Positions 1-8,861 of a stretch of DNA of 64,000 bases are shown here, one piece after another. Under the pieces are notes generated by a model. That model was not told the DNA's origin and did no database searches. It saw only the letters and a program-made list of their open reading frames with translations. The DNA lies in contig CASIBX010000017.1 of assembly GCA_949373075.1 (NCBI GenBank), forward strand, positions 628 through 64,627. The letters run 5' to 3'. How positions within the stretch are numbered: the first letter of the stretch is position 1; each line of letters starts with the position of its first letter. Made by a program: the position numbers and the translations under genes. This DNA is from Candidatus Poseidoniaceae archaeon. Lineage in GTDB: Archaea; Thermoplasmatota; Poseidoniia; Poseidoniales; Poseidoniaceae.

Positions 1-2
1 AC

Positions 3-1595
3 CGAAGAAGACTCGCTCTTCAGTTCGCGTTTTGGTTCGTTCTCCTAATGCTCCTTTCTACAGTTGTATCAAAGGTCATCAATGTCGGTAAAGACGAGGG
101 GCAATCTGCATACGGTGATGATTGGAATGACATGTCTGCATTCCGCCTAGATATCAACGAGATGGGGATTGAGACCAAATCCCTGGTTTCATCTCCTTTA
201 CTTCTCGCCGATATTGAGGATCCTGCTAATACTACGTTCATCATAGCAGGGGTGGAAAGAGATACAATTTCACTTCCTCAGTTTTCTTCTGACGGCTTCC
301 TAACCTTCGCTTCTGAAGATGGTTATTCTCCTGCCGAGGTAAATGCAATCAAGGAATTTGTATTTGCTGGAGGAGATGTTTTGGTTATGGATGATTTCGG
401 ATATTCATCATCGATTGCAGAATCATTTGGTGTTCGATTCAAAGGCGTTCAATTGTATGATACCGTCTATGTTACGGAATTAGATTACAACTTCGTTTGG
501 ATGTGTGTTCAAGAATCACCTTGTGGCATGGATGGTACACAATTAGATCCTAACACAGTAGAAAACCATAGCCGCTGGGCAATCTCTGACGGAGGCGCAC
601 ACATCTGTAAAGTGTATGATGGCAGGGCTATTGCCAAATCAGATGCTGGTGTTTGCGAGCAACATTGGAAAGATGGAGCGATTCAATACAATGCCTCCTA
701 CCAAGTCTTACTCAACAACATAACTGGCATCGATATACTTCCTAACACTAAGACTGGCATGGGTGCTACCCAAATCCGTTCTGTAACTTCTGCAGAAGCT
801 ACAATCGATGTAAACGGAGATGGTGAGATTTGGGTTGGTTCTGAACAAAATGCAGAGACTCCTGACCTTTGGGGTCAATTCAATCTGTCGATTGAAGTTT
901 GTATCTCACAGGATTGTAACTTCCGTGATGGAGGTAGGATTACTTTCATTGCAGATGGTTCTGCTCTGATAAATGCCCTCTATGATTACGAAGGATACAA
1001 CGATGGCGATTATGGTAAAGCAGACAAACCAATTCCTGAAAACGACAATCGCAAATGGGCAATGGACTACATTGTAGATTCACTTGTCGACCCAGAAGCA
1101 ACAGGAGAGTCAGCAGATGTACCAGAAGTTGCACCTAATGCAATGGTAATATTTGATGAAAGCAGGCATATCCAGCCAAGTATTGCCTCAGAATCTTACA
1201 ATACAATTTACTTCCTTTTGGTTTACTTTACTGGTGAAGGATTAGCAATGCTTCTCTTATTCATTATCTTGTTCATAACATTTGAAGGTGTACTTCTCAA
1301 GAAGAAAGACCCAGAGCCTTGGCGTCACGTATTCAGCATAATTTACTATGGATTTGGTGATGCTAATCGATATACATATTATGCTAAATCGAATAAAATC
1401 AAACAAGTATTCCTTTCCAAGGTTAGAAACCAGAATGGATTGAGTAGAGAAGAGTTCGATTCACTTCCTGCAAGGGATTTGCAGGGAATGATTTCAGATC
1501 CTGTATTGGTTAAATTCGTATTTGAAAACCGTAATTATTCATTAGAACAGACCGTAGCAATTGTGAAACGAATTAAGGTCTGGGGACGAACCTGA
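3..1595 (+). CDS. DUF4350-like membrane-anchored protein, 5' end lies outside the window
   Basis: The frame is open from nt 3. RRRLALQFAFWFVLLMLLSTVV forms a TM helix upstream of the tracked ATG at 48, so the gene starts before the window. FVFAGGDVLVMDDFG and MVIFDESRH resemble DUF4350 proteins. A C-terminal TM helix is followed by a cytoplasmic tail. The gene sits 6 nt upstream of a DUF58 gene, as in MoxR-type operons. Confidence 0.5.
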   Translation, partial: RRRLALQFAFWFVLLMLLSTVVSKVINVGKDEGQSAYGDDWNDMSAFRLDINEMGIETKSLVSSPLLLADIEDPANTTFIIAGVERDTISLPQFSSDGFLTFASEDGYSPAEVNAIKEFVFAGGDVLVMDDFGYSSSIAESFGVRFKGVQLYDTVYVTELDYNFVWMCVQESPCGMDGTQLDPNTVENHSRWAISDGGAHICKVYDGRAIAKSDAGVCEQHWKDGAIQYNASYQVLLNNITGIDILPNTKTGMGATQIRSVTSAEATIDVNGDGEIWVGSEQNAETPDLWGQFNLSIEVCISQDCNFRDGGRITFIADGSALINALYDYEGYNDGDYGKADKPIPENDNRKWAMDYIVDSLVDPEATGESADVPEVAPNAMVIFDESRHIQPSIASESYNTIYFLLVYFTGEGLAMLLLFIILFITFEGVLLKKKDPEPWRHVFSIIYYGFGDANRYTYYAKSNKIKQVFLSKVRNQNGLSREEFDSLPARDLQGMISDPVLVKFVFENRNYSLEQTVAIVKRIKVWGRT

Positions 1596-1601
1596 GGTGA
1601 T

Positions 1602-2858
1602 ATGATGTGGACTCGTAAAGCAGCATTTACTTTCACCGGTGGAATCGCATTGATTCTAATCGGTATGATGATTTCGAATCACCAGATGATGATTCTCGGT
1701 CTTGCATTTATTGCATTCATCGTAGTTAATTCATGGGTTAGTGGCCATGGTGATGTTGAAGTTCAGCGTACATTATCGGCTGATAACTTGTACAAAGGCG
1801 ACGACCTGTATGTCGAATTATTGGTAACAAACCGTAGTCGTAGAAAGACTCAGCAATTAGAGGTCTATGATAACGTTCCCCACGAGATGAAATTACGTAG
1901 CGGATTAAATCAAATGCGCCTAAACCTCAAGCCAGGAGAGAGCGCTAGGATACGCTATGTTCTACGTTGCCCACTTCGTGGCCATTATTCGGTTGGACCA
2001 GTATCTCTAAGGTACAGAAATACATTCAATCTATCAGTGGATGAGATGTATGTTGACCATCACTCTGACATTATCATCTTCCCACAAATAAGAGATGTTG
2101 AGGAAGCATTCATCCGTTCTAGAACTGCAAAGATGTATACTGGTGCTACAACTTTACGAACACCAGGGCCGGGTACTGAATTCTATTCTCTAAGAGAATA
2201 TGTACCAGGAGACCCGTTCAAGAATATCAACTGGAAGGCGTTTGCACGAACAGGTGAACTGATGATTAACGAGAAATGTCGAGATGCAGTTACCGATTTG
2301 TACATCATCCTTGATAGCAGAGATATTGCAAGAATAGGCACCGTTTTGAAAAATCCATTAGAGATGGGCACGGTTGCGGCAGCAAGTTTAGCATCGTTCT
2401 TTATTCAGCGGCGTGATTCGGTATCCCTGACAATATATGATGAAAAATTGTCATTCTTACCCCCTGATACTGGAGATAAGCAGTATTTCAAGATATTATC
2501 CTCTCTTGCAGGTGTTGCTCCAAGAGGAACAATGCCATTACAGGCAGTAACAAACAGTCTTGCAGCTAGATTTAGTCGAGGCAGTCCGGTATTCATCATC
2601 TCATCTTGTGAGGGTGACGGAACGGTACCTTCTGCAGTTCGAGACCTAGTTGGTCGTGGCCATGAAGTAACAGTCCTCTCACCTTCATCAATAGATTTCG
2701 AGCGTTTGGTAAGTCGTATTCCTAGAATGTCTTACGAAGTTCTCAAAATCGAGAGGCAAAACAGACTAACATCCTTGGCCGGATTTGGCAGCCAAGTAAT
2801 AGATTGGATGCCAGACATGGATCTTTCCCAAGCATTGTTGCAAGTAAGAGGATACTGA
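1602..2858 (+). CDS. DUF58 domain protein (vWA-like, MoxR-associated family)
   Basis: Two N-terminal TM helices, then the DUF58 hallmark LREYVPGDPFKNINWKAFARTGELMINE. A GAGGTGA Shine-Dalgarno motif lies just upstream. Confidence 0.75.
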   Translation: MMWTRKAAFTFTGGIALILIGMMISNHQMMILGLAFIAFIVVNSWVSGHGDVEVQRTLSADNLYKGDDLYVELLVTNRSRRKTQQLEVYDNVPHEMKLRSGLNQMRLNLKPGESARIRYVLRCPLRGHYSVGPVSLRYRNTFNLSVDEMYVDHHSDIIIFPQIRDVEEAFIRSRTAKMYTGATTLRTPGPGTEFYSLREYVPGDPFKNINWKAFARTGELMINEKCRDAVTDLYIILDSRDIARIGTVLKNPLEMGTVAAASLASFFIQRRDSVSLTIYDEKLSFLPPDTGDKQYFKILSSLAGVAPRGTMPLQAVTNSLAARFSRGSPVFIISSCEGDGTVPSAVRDLVGRGHEVTVLSPSSIDFERLVSRIPRMSYEVLKIERQNRLTSLAGFGSQVIDWMPDMDLSQALLQVRGY

Positions 2859-2867
2859 GGCGATAAT

Positions 2868-4016
2868 ATGGCAGGAGAAGTAACCCCACAAGGAGAAGGA
2901 GCACGTTCCCTTCATCTGCGTAAGTTACGCGTCCAATGGCAAATCGTGACTCTTCAGGTTCTTGCGACCTTATCCTTAGTTTGGATGTATATGGAAGTCG
3001 TATCTACCTATGTTGTAGGTAGTATTGACCATACTCAACTGTTTGATACTCTTGAATCTGGTTTGGGCACAGAACTGCCACTAGGTGACTGGCTAACTGG
3101 AGGCGGAAACGAAGGTTTAGCCCGATTTTATGTTCCTATGGGATTAGGATTAGGTCTAGGAGGGGCGATGGCATTACTGGCTTTCCAAACTCCTAAGTTC
3201 CAACAACGTGTAAAATTGGGATTCATCATTGGTTTGATTGCAATATTAGCTGGGAGATTTGTATTAGGATACGCTTGGCAACTCGTTAGTGATGGTTGGA
3301 GTGCTCCAGGTAATAACGTACTTCAACTACTCGAATGGCCTTTGTTGATGATGTTGTCTTTCATCATCATGACATTCTATCTTTTACCAATAATAACTGG
3401 AACTAAGGGAATTTGGGGATTATCTCGCAGAGGTGTAGCCTGGTCGATAGGTTTCACTTTGCTATTCCTTGGAGTACACGCAATTCTTACTTTCCCACTT
3501 ATCCGTTCACAGTTAGGAAGTTACGGTTCACAACTCACTACTTTGGAGATTATCGTATCGGAGCCTACTGTATTCGGCCTCGTTACTGCTCAACAATTCT
3601 CATTGATACTAATCGCTTGTTTGATGATGGTTTTCCAAGAATCTGCATTTGGCGTAATCCGCCAATTAGAGTATGCTTACCGCCTTCCAGAGTCTTGTAA
3701 GAGAGACCCTGAATACGTGTCGCAAATGGACAATCTTCTGAACGGTCATCTTCGACATACCGCTATATTCCTTTCACTTACAGTTGTGGCGACTACTATC
3801 GCATTAGGTTTCCATGCAGTATTATTAGATTGGGTAAATGGAATTACAGGTTCACAATGGGCAGCGCAGGTTGGGGAATCGATTGAGTTGACTCTAACAT
3901 ACGGTCTTGTAATCTCTGCTTTGCTATTCTTAGGAATAATGGCCCTTCTGCGCTTTATTGTGCCGTGGCAAAGGTTCTGGGGATTAATCGAATCATCATT
4001 CACTACTCGTGAGTAA
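2868..4016 (+). CDS. polytopic membrane protein of unknown function (third gene of the DUF4350/DUF58 cluster)
   Basis: 382-aa ORF with many hydrophobic helices. A GAGG motif lies 8 nt upstream of the ATG, and the gap to the DUF58 gene is 9 nt. Confidence 0.6.
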   Translation: MAGEVTPQGEGARSLHLRKLRVQWQIVTLQVLATLSLVWMYMEVVSTYVVGSIDHTQLFDTLESGLGTELPLGDWLTGGGNEGLARFYVPMGLGLGLGGAMALLAFQTPKFQQRVKLGFIIGLIAILAGRFVLGYAWQLVSDGWSAPGNNVLQLLEWPLLMMLSFIIMTFYLLPIITGTKGIWGLSRRGVAWSIGFTLLFLGVHAILTFPLIRSQLGSYGSQLTTLEIIVSEPTVFGLVTAQQFSLILIACLMMVFQESAFGVIRQLEYAYRLPESCKRDPEYVSQMDNLLNGHLRHTAIFLSLTVVATTIALGFHAVLLDWVNGITGSQWAAQVGESIELTLTYGLVISALLFLGIMALLRFIVPWQRFWGLIESSFTTRE

Positions 4017-4220
4017 TTATCTCGAATAAATAGATTGGATTGTTCTTCCAATTCCCTCTGTTAATACTAATATCACTACAGGTAATACACAAATTCTAGT
4101 TAACCACAATGGTAAACCAGAAATGTAGTCTTGAAGCATAATTCCTCCATAGGCGGCAACAGCAATCAATCCAATGAATACTAATTTTTCAATCCACAAC
4201 GGGTATAGTGAATTCATCAA
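4017..4220 (-). CDS. small two-TM membrane protein, last gene of the Roadblock operon
   Basis: 67 aa with two hydrophobic helices. It starts 6 nt after the stop of the 1043-aa gene and is preceded by GAGGTGA (mRNA sense TGAGGTGAATTGATG). Confidence 0.5.
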   Translation of the reverse strand: MMNSLYPLWIEKLVFIGLIAVAAYGGIMLQDYISGLPLWLTRICVLPVVILVLTEGIGRTIQSIYSR

Positions 4221-4226
4221 TTCACC

Positions 4227-7200
4227 TCACAAGTCGATACCATCTAGTGAATCTTCGAGTTCATCTAGTGCTGAATCCGACGTTATCACTTCTTCAGGGT
4301 CACTACGCCTTTCCCATCTAGCATCTAGGCGAGCCAGTTCTTCTTCAAGAGTGGCCCTTTCATCATCCATAGAGACTACGCTCCCTTCTCCAGTTGCCGA
4401 TTTCTCATCTTCTTCTAGCGGCGTCGATAATTCTTCCCACTCCTCTGTAATTTCACTTACTTCAACAGCAACTGCGGATTCTTGGTCGATCAATTCCCCT
4501 CTCATTTGCTCGATGACTTTTTCATGGATAGGTTCCCTTTCACCAGCAGGTACAGAGTCTCTCTCGAATGGTAATAGCCCGTCACGCTTGAAGTCCCACA
4601 ATGCACCTCGTACTTCCCCATTGACGAAACCACTTGCGTCAAGTTGAGTTAGTAACTCTTCGAGTGCACTTGTAGTACCCTCTAGTTTAACTGCAGAACC
4701 AGCATCTCTCATATCTGATTCAAGGTGGATATCATCCAGTGCCTTCTGAATCAATGAACGAGTCTCTCGTGCTAATACTGGTAAAGATTCGGGGCGTCGT
4801 GTATTGTGAAGTAAAGCTTGCACTTGTTCGCTTGGTGCTCCTAATTTCTCCAATTGCTCGAGAACATTTCTAATTCTTCTAAGCATTGTAACCGAGCGGT
4901 CATAATCTTCTAACAGGTTTTCTAAATCTAGAACTAGGTTGGTTACTGTATCTCCGAGTTGATGTTCAAGCCTTTGCTGTACTGACCATCTAGCGAGTCC
5001 TCTCACCGCTCCCGCAGTCGCTGGTACTTGGCGTTCTAATAGAGACATTACTTCTGTTGAAAGAAGGTGTCTAGGTGTTGTTGCAACATGGTCGACACAT
5101 CCCTGTATGACTTGAAGTGCCCTTTCTACAGCTCTATCAAGTAAAGAAACAGAGTAACCCAGGTTACGTGCATGTTCCAATCTTTCAAGAACTGGTCCTA
5201 GTCCATCAAACTGTGCCCCATCCTCTAGCAAGGCCTGAGCAAGAGGTTCTTCAGACAATTTTGCTCGAAGTATCTCAGCTTCTTGGATGTCGCCAAGTGC
5301 TTCTTCATGGGCCACTGCGAGCGCTTCTGCTTGGTCCAATAGATTTGATAATTCGGCTTCTGCCTGTCCTCTTCTGGCACCTAGGTTTCCTAATTCTTTC
5401 AGTACCTGGCGTCTTTCATCCATCAGTTCACGCATTTCGGATTGAATCATTGCCGCACGGTTTTCTTGTTCGGTAAGTCTGACTCTATCTTCCTGAGTTC
5501 TTTCTCTTGATACTCTAGATTCAGCTTCGATTTGTCTAAGAGTCAATTGTGAATCATTTATTTTGGATTCTAGTTCGGAAAGTTCGCCTTGAGCTCTTCG
5601 GTGCTTATCGCGAGATGCCTCAACCTGCTCATCTATCATTCTCTGACGCCTTTGGTCATCATCAATTCTAGACCTAATACTGCTCAGTGTTGCAGAATAA
5701 GAATCAATATCGCTTGAGAGTGCAGCTTCTTTAGTAGCCATTTCCTCTATCTTGGCTGACAACTCTGAACTAGCCTTTGAGTCACCAAGAATCCTTGCAA
5801 GTTCTACTGCCCTTTCGCTCAGTTGGTGTTCTAATTCATTCACTCTCTTTGATAGGCGGTCACTTCTAGACTCAGAGTTCTCAGAGTTGGCCTGAGCCGC
5901 AGATAAATCTAGTTGCAATTGGTCAATAGTACGGTTGTAGCCTGTAATTTTGTCCTGAATATCTGATGTGTGACGATTTGCTTCTTTCGCATTGACCTTA
6001 GCGGCATTTTCAGATTGGTTCGCAGAATACAGAGCGACTTTCAATCCTGCAATCTCTTGTTTGGCCTCCGCTAATTGTAGATCAGATTTCTCTAATTTCC
6101 TTCGCAACCCATCATCGATTCCTGCAGTCTTCTCTATGCTTACTAGGCCTTCAGAGGGTGTTGCAATCGAGATGGCAAATTCTACTCGGGAGCGTTCTTT
6201 TCTTAGTTGGCTAAGTCCGATTTCGAATCCAAATAGCTGATTCATCGTCATTTTGAGTAAGTTTTGGCGGGATTCAGACCTAGTTCTTGTCGTGGCAAGT
6301 TCACTACAGAATGTTTCTAAGTTGAAATCTGGGACATTGCCTGACTCGGAACCAAGAATTGTTCCTACTGGAAGGCGATGTAATGACAGAACCCTTCGTG
6401 ATTCGCACAAAGCACTCATCGCATCTATCATTTTCATATTCCCTGGGGCTTGAATTGCAACAGGAACTCCCTTGACTAGAGCGATGCGTATTGCTTTGGA
6501 TGATTTGCCAGCAGATAATTGGCCAGTTAAGCTCTCTTCAACTGCGGTTGAAAGCATTGAGACAATCGCATCGGTTCCTCCTCTTCCTTCTCTAACAACA
6601 TGTCCGTCCGACAAAGCCTCTCCTTTGGAACCCATAGCGTCTATTTTACCATCCATCATGGCAGAGATTTGGTTGATTAGTCTTCCATGGTCAACATCTG
6701 CCTCTGTCCAAATAGCCAAAGCGACGTCACCTGCTTCTGCAAGAAGCAAAGCACCATCGCCGGTGTGTAATGTCCAATGGCCTTCGCCAGTTAATCCTAA
6801 ATCGCTTGCCATTGCTTTTCTGCCAGCTAGAGTTTCTCCGACCTGGGCTGCCAAAATATCAGGAGATGCTGGTAAATCTCCTGCATCATCAATCAGCATA
6901 CCGGAGTCTACTGCGATTCCACCTCTAACCTCAGGTCTTGAAACAAGATTAGAAATCACGGCAGACAGATCTCTGGAAAGTAAACGCTCAAGTGAGTCTT
7001 CAGCACCAATCAGTCCACGAATGTCTGCACTGTGCTCAAATGATTCAGGTAGTATTTCCGCAATCGCACCAAGAGCGGACTGTGACCACGATTTGGCAAC
7101 CAGTCGGTGCAATTCCACTTCTAATTCATCCAACCTGTCCTTGGCAGCAGCTCCACAGAGCAATACTTTGCCTTTGGCAGGTTCTGCAATCCATCCTACA

Positions 7201-7358
7201 ATGCGCCCAGCACGAACAATTCTGTGCCCGCTTGCAGTGGACCTTCGTCCAAGATATGTCGTAATAGCACCATTTTCAAATGGCATTATCGCTCCGTCAC
7301 TAACATCTATCTCGTCTTCAATTGGTATTCCGTATGGTAGATCGAACATATCCATCAC
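4227..7358 (-). CDS. large multidomain protein with Roadblock/LC7-like domain, PATAN (DUF4388)-like domain, long coiled coil and acidic C-terminal tail
   Basis: 1043-aa ORF. Residues ~121-236 (LSAVISNLVSRPEVRGGIAVDSGMLIDDAG...HWTLHTGDGALLLAEAGDVALAIWTEADVDHGRLINQI) match the Roadblock/LC7 pattern. Residues ~262-330 (LTGQLSAGKSSKAIRIALVKGVPVAIQAPGN...DAMSAL) resemble DUF4388/PATAN. Residues ~415-705 are heptad-like and E/R/Q/L-rich. The last ~80 aa are strongly acidic. No P-loop is present. The start overlaps the stop of the upstream Roadblock gene (TGATG). Confidence 0.7.
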   Translation of the reverse strand: MMDMFDLPYGIPIEDEIDVSDGAIMPFENGAITTYLGRRSTASGHRIVRAGRIVGWIAEPAKGKVLLCGAAAKDRLDELEVELHRLVAKSWSQSALGAIAEILPESFEHSADIRGLIGAEDSLERLLSRDLSAVISNLVSRPEVRGGIAVDSGMLIDDAGDLPASPDILAAQVGETLAGRKAMASDLGLTGEGHWTLHTGDGALLLAEAGDVALAIWTEADVDHGRLINQISAMMDGKIDAMGSKGEALSDGHVVREGRGGTDAIVSMLSTAVEESLTGQLSAGKSSKAIRIALVKGVPVAIQAPGNMKMIDAMSALCESRRVLSLHRLPVGTILGSESGNVPDFNLETFCSELATTRTRSESRQNLLKMTMNQLFGFEIGLSQLRKERSRVEFAISIATPSEGLVSIEKTAGIDDGLRRKLEKSDLQLAEAKQEIAGLKVALYSANQSENAAKVNAKEANRHTSDIQDKITGYNRTIDQLQLDLSAAQANSENSESRSDRLSKRVNELEHQLSERAVELARILGDSKASSELSAKIEEMATKEAALSSDIDSYSATLSSIRSRIDDDQRRQRMIDEQVEASRDKHRRAQGELSELESKINDSQLTLRQIEAESRVSRERTQEDRVRLTEQENRAAMIQSEMRELMDERRQVLKELGNLGARRGQAEAELSNLLDQAEALAVAHEEALGDIQEAEILRAKLSEEPLAQALLEDGAQFDGLGPVLERLEHARNLGYSVSLLDRAVERALQVIQGCVDHVATTPRHLLSTEVMSLLERQVPATAGAVRGLARWSVQQRLEHQLGDTVTNLVLDLENLLEDYDRSVTMLRRIRNVLEQLEKLGAPSEQVQALLHNTRRPESLPVLARETRSLIQKALDDIHLESDMRDAGSAVKLEGTTSALEELLTQLDASGFVNGEVRGALWDFKRDGLLPFERDSVPAGEREPIHEKVIEQMRGELIDQESAVAVEVSEITEEWEELSTPLEEDEKSATGEGSVVSMDDERATLEEELARLDARWERRSDPEEVITSDSALDELEDSLDGIDL

Positions 7359-7696
7359 CTCATCACTGAGTTTAGCATTTCAACGTCACATTCTATGGCG
7401 TGTCGCCATCGGGCTATTCTGCCACCCTTCTTTCCAGAGACAATCAGACTTGCATCTTCACTCAATCTAGTGAGTAATACAGTCTCATCTCCTTCAGACC
7501 ACAATTCCAAACCCCTGCCTACGCTCTGAACTTTAGCTAGCGTTTCTAGGGCTTGTACTATCTGGGTGGCATATTCAACCTTTGGCGTTCGTCCTCTTTT
7601 TCCTACTGCGGCAACCAAGCCATCTCGTCTTGAGATGATGTATGCTTGGTCTGCCCCTGGTAGGGTAGAGAATCCGGCCAGAATACGTTGCATCAT
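7355..7696 (-). CDS. Roadblock/LC7 (MglB-like) domain protein
   Basis: 113 aa. LPGADQAYIISRRDGLVAA...ETVLLTRLSEDASLIVSGKK has the typical Roadblock/LC7 length and pattern. It is translationally coupled to the 1043-aa gene. Confidence 0.7.
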   Translation of the reverse strand: MMQRILAGFSTLPGADQAYIISRRDGLVAAVGKRGRTPKVEYATQIVQALETLAKVQSVGRGLELWSEGDETVLLTRLSEDASLIVSGKKGGRIARWRHAIECDVEMLNSVMR

Positions 7697-7752
7697 GCGC
7701 GCTCAAGTGCCTTCAGGTTGAAACCGGCTTCAAGAAGTTTGGCTTTTTACAA

Positions 7753-7765
7753 CGCCCGTAGGGCG
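7753..7765. promoter_or_regulatory. GC-rich hairpin CGCCC-GTA-GGGCG (CCCGTAGGG core) in a divergent intergenic region
   Basis: A perfect 5-bp inverted repeat with a 3-nt loop, read directly from the sequence. It lies between the Roadblock operon (minus) and the tRNA thiolase gene (plus). Confidence 0.35.
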
Positions 7766-7904
7766 GTTTGTGCAGTGGATTGATTTTGCCAACTGGTTTT
7801 TGTATTGTCATATTCAAACATGTGATTCATTCTAATTGGAAATTTGATTTTTCAATTGCTTTATTCAACCGTTTACATCAAGCCAAGAACCTCGTCGAAC
7901 AATC

Positions 7905-8861
7905 ATGGCCGACCTGTTTGAAGTCCCGAGTTGCGACAAGTGTCGTAATCCGGCAATTCATCATCAGATTTATTCAGGCCGGGTCATGTGTGGATCTCAC
8001 CTTGCAGATAGCGTGAGAAAGAAAGTATCCAAAGCACTTCGTGAGCAATTAGTAATCCCTCGTGACAAGAAAACCACGATTTTAGTTGCTATCTCAGGGG
8101 GTAAGGACTCTGCAGTTCTTCTTGAAAGAATACATGAGAATTTAGGAAAACGTCGCGATGTCACTATTGTCGGAGGTTGTGTCGATGAAGGAATAGAGGG
8201 CTATCGCCCACCATCGCTAGAATGCGCTCGTGAATTATGTGAAAGTTTAGGAGTTAGATTTGAAACGGTTTCTTACCCAGAGTTAGGTTTCAAAGAAATG
8301 GATGATGTCGTGCAGAAGATTGCCGAAACGAATGATAGCAAAACACCTTGCTCCTATTGTGGAGTATTTCGCAGACAGGGAATCAACCATCTAGCTAGAA
8401 GAGTCGGAGCAGACGTTATTGCTTTAGGACATAATTTAGACGACATGGCTCAAACGATTATGATGAATATGCAAAATGGAGATTTGGAACGCACCTTGCG
8501 TTTAGCACCTCACACAAGTACGCCTCTCGAAGGGATGGCGCCAAGAATCGTTCCTTTACGCTGGGTTCCAGAGCAGGAAATCCACCTTTATGCGATCCAC
8601 AAGAATCTGCCAATTCATCACGAGGAATGCCCGCACGGAGAAGGAGCTCTAAGATTCCGTCATCGCGACACAGTCGCTATGATGGAGGCCGATGTTCCAG
8701 GAACCCGTCATGGGTTACTTCGAATGGCAGATGAAGTCAAAAAGTTGCACGCTAAAGCGGGCGGTGAAAGTAAGTCTACTCCAATTAATTGTCCTGAATG
8801 TGGGCAAATGTGTAGCGGAACGATTTGCAAGGCTTGCGAGATGAAGAGCATCATGGAGTAA
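7905..8861 (+). CDS. TtuA/Ncs6-family PP-loop ATPase (tRNA 2-thiolation enzyme)
   Basis: N-terminal CDKC...C..H zinc finger. PP-loop motif ISGGKDSAV. Putative Fe-S ligand motifs PCSYCG, GHNLDD and ECPH. C-terminal CPECG...C..C zinc finger. The architecture is the same as Pyrococcus TtuA. Confidence 0.8.
   Translation: MADLFEVPSCDKCRNPAIHHQIYSGRVMCGSHLADSVRKKVSKALREQLVIPRDKKTTILVAISGGKDSAVLLERIHENLGKRRDVTIVGGCVDEGIEGYRPPSLECARELCESLGVRFETVSYPELGFKEMDDVVQKIAETNDSKTPCSYCGVFRRQGINHLARRVGADVIALGHNLDDMAQTIMMNMQNGDLERTLRLAPHTSTPLEGMAPRIVPLRWVPEQEIHLYAIHKNLPIHHEECPHGEGALRFRHRDTVAMMEADVPGTRHGLLRMADEVKKLHAKAGGESKSTPINCPECGQMCSGTICKACEMKSIME

Noticed and set aside
6472-7470. A 332-aa plus-strand ORF lies antisense to the 1043-aa gene, and a Ser-rich 157-aa ORF lies at 4174..4647.
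   Set aside because: These are shadow ORFs on the strand opposite a long coding region. Their composition is low-complexity and S/A/P-rich, they have no Shine-Dalgarno motif, and no motifs were recognised. The minus-strand gene has recognisable domains and operon coupling.
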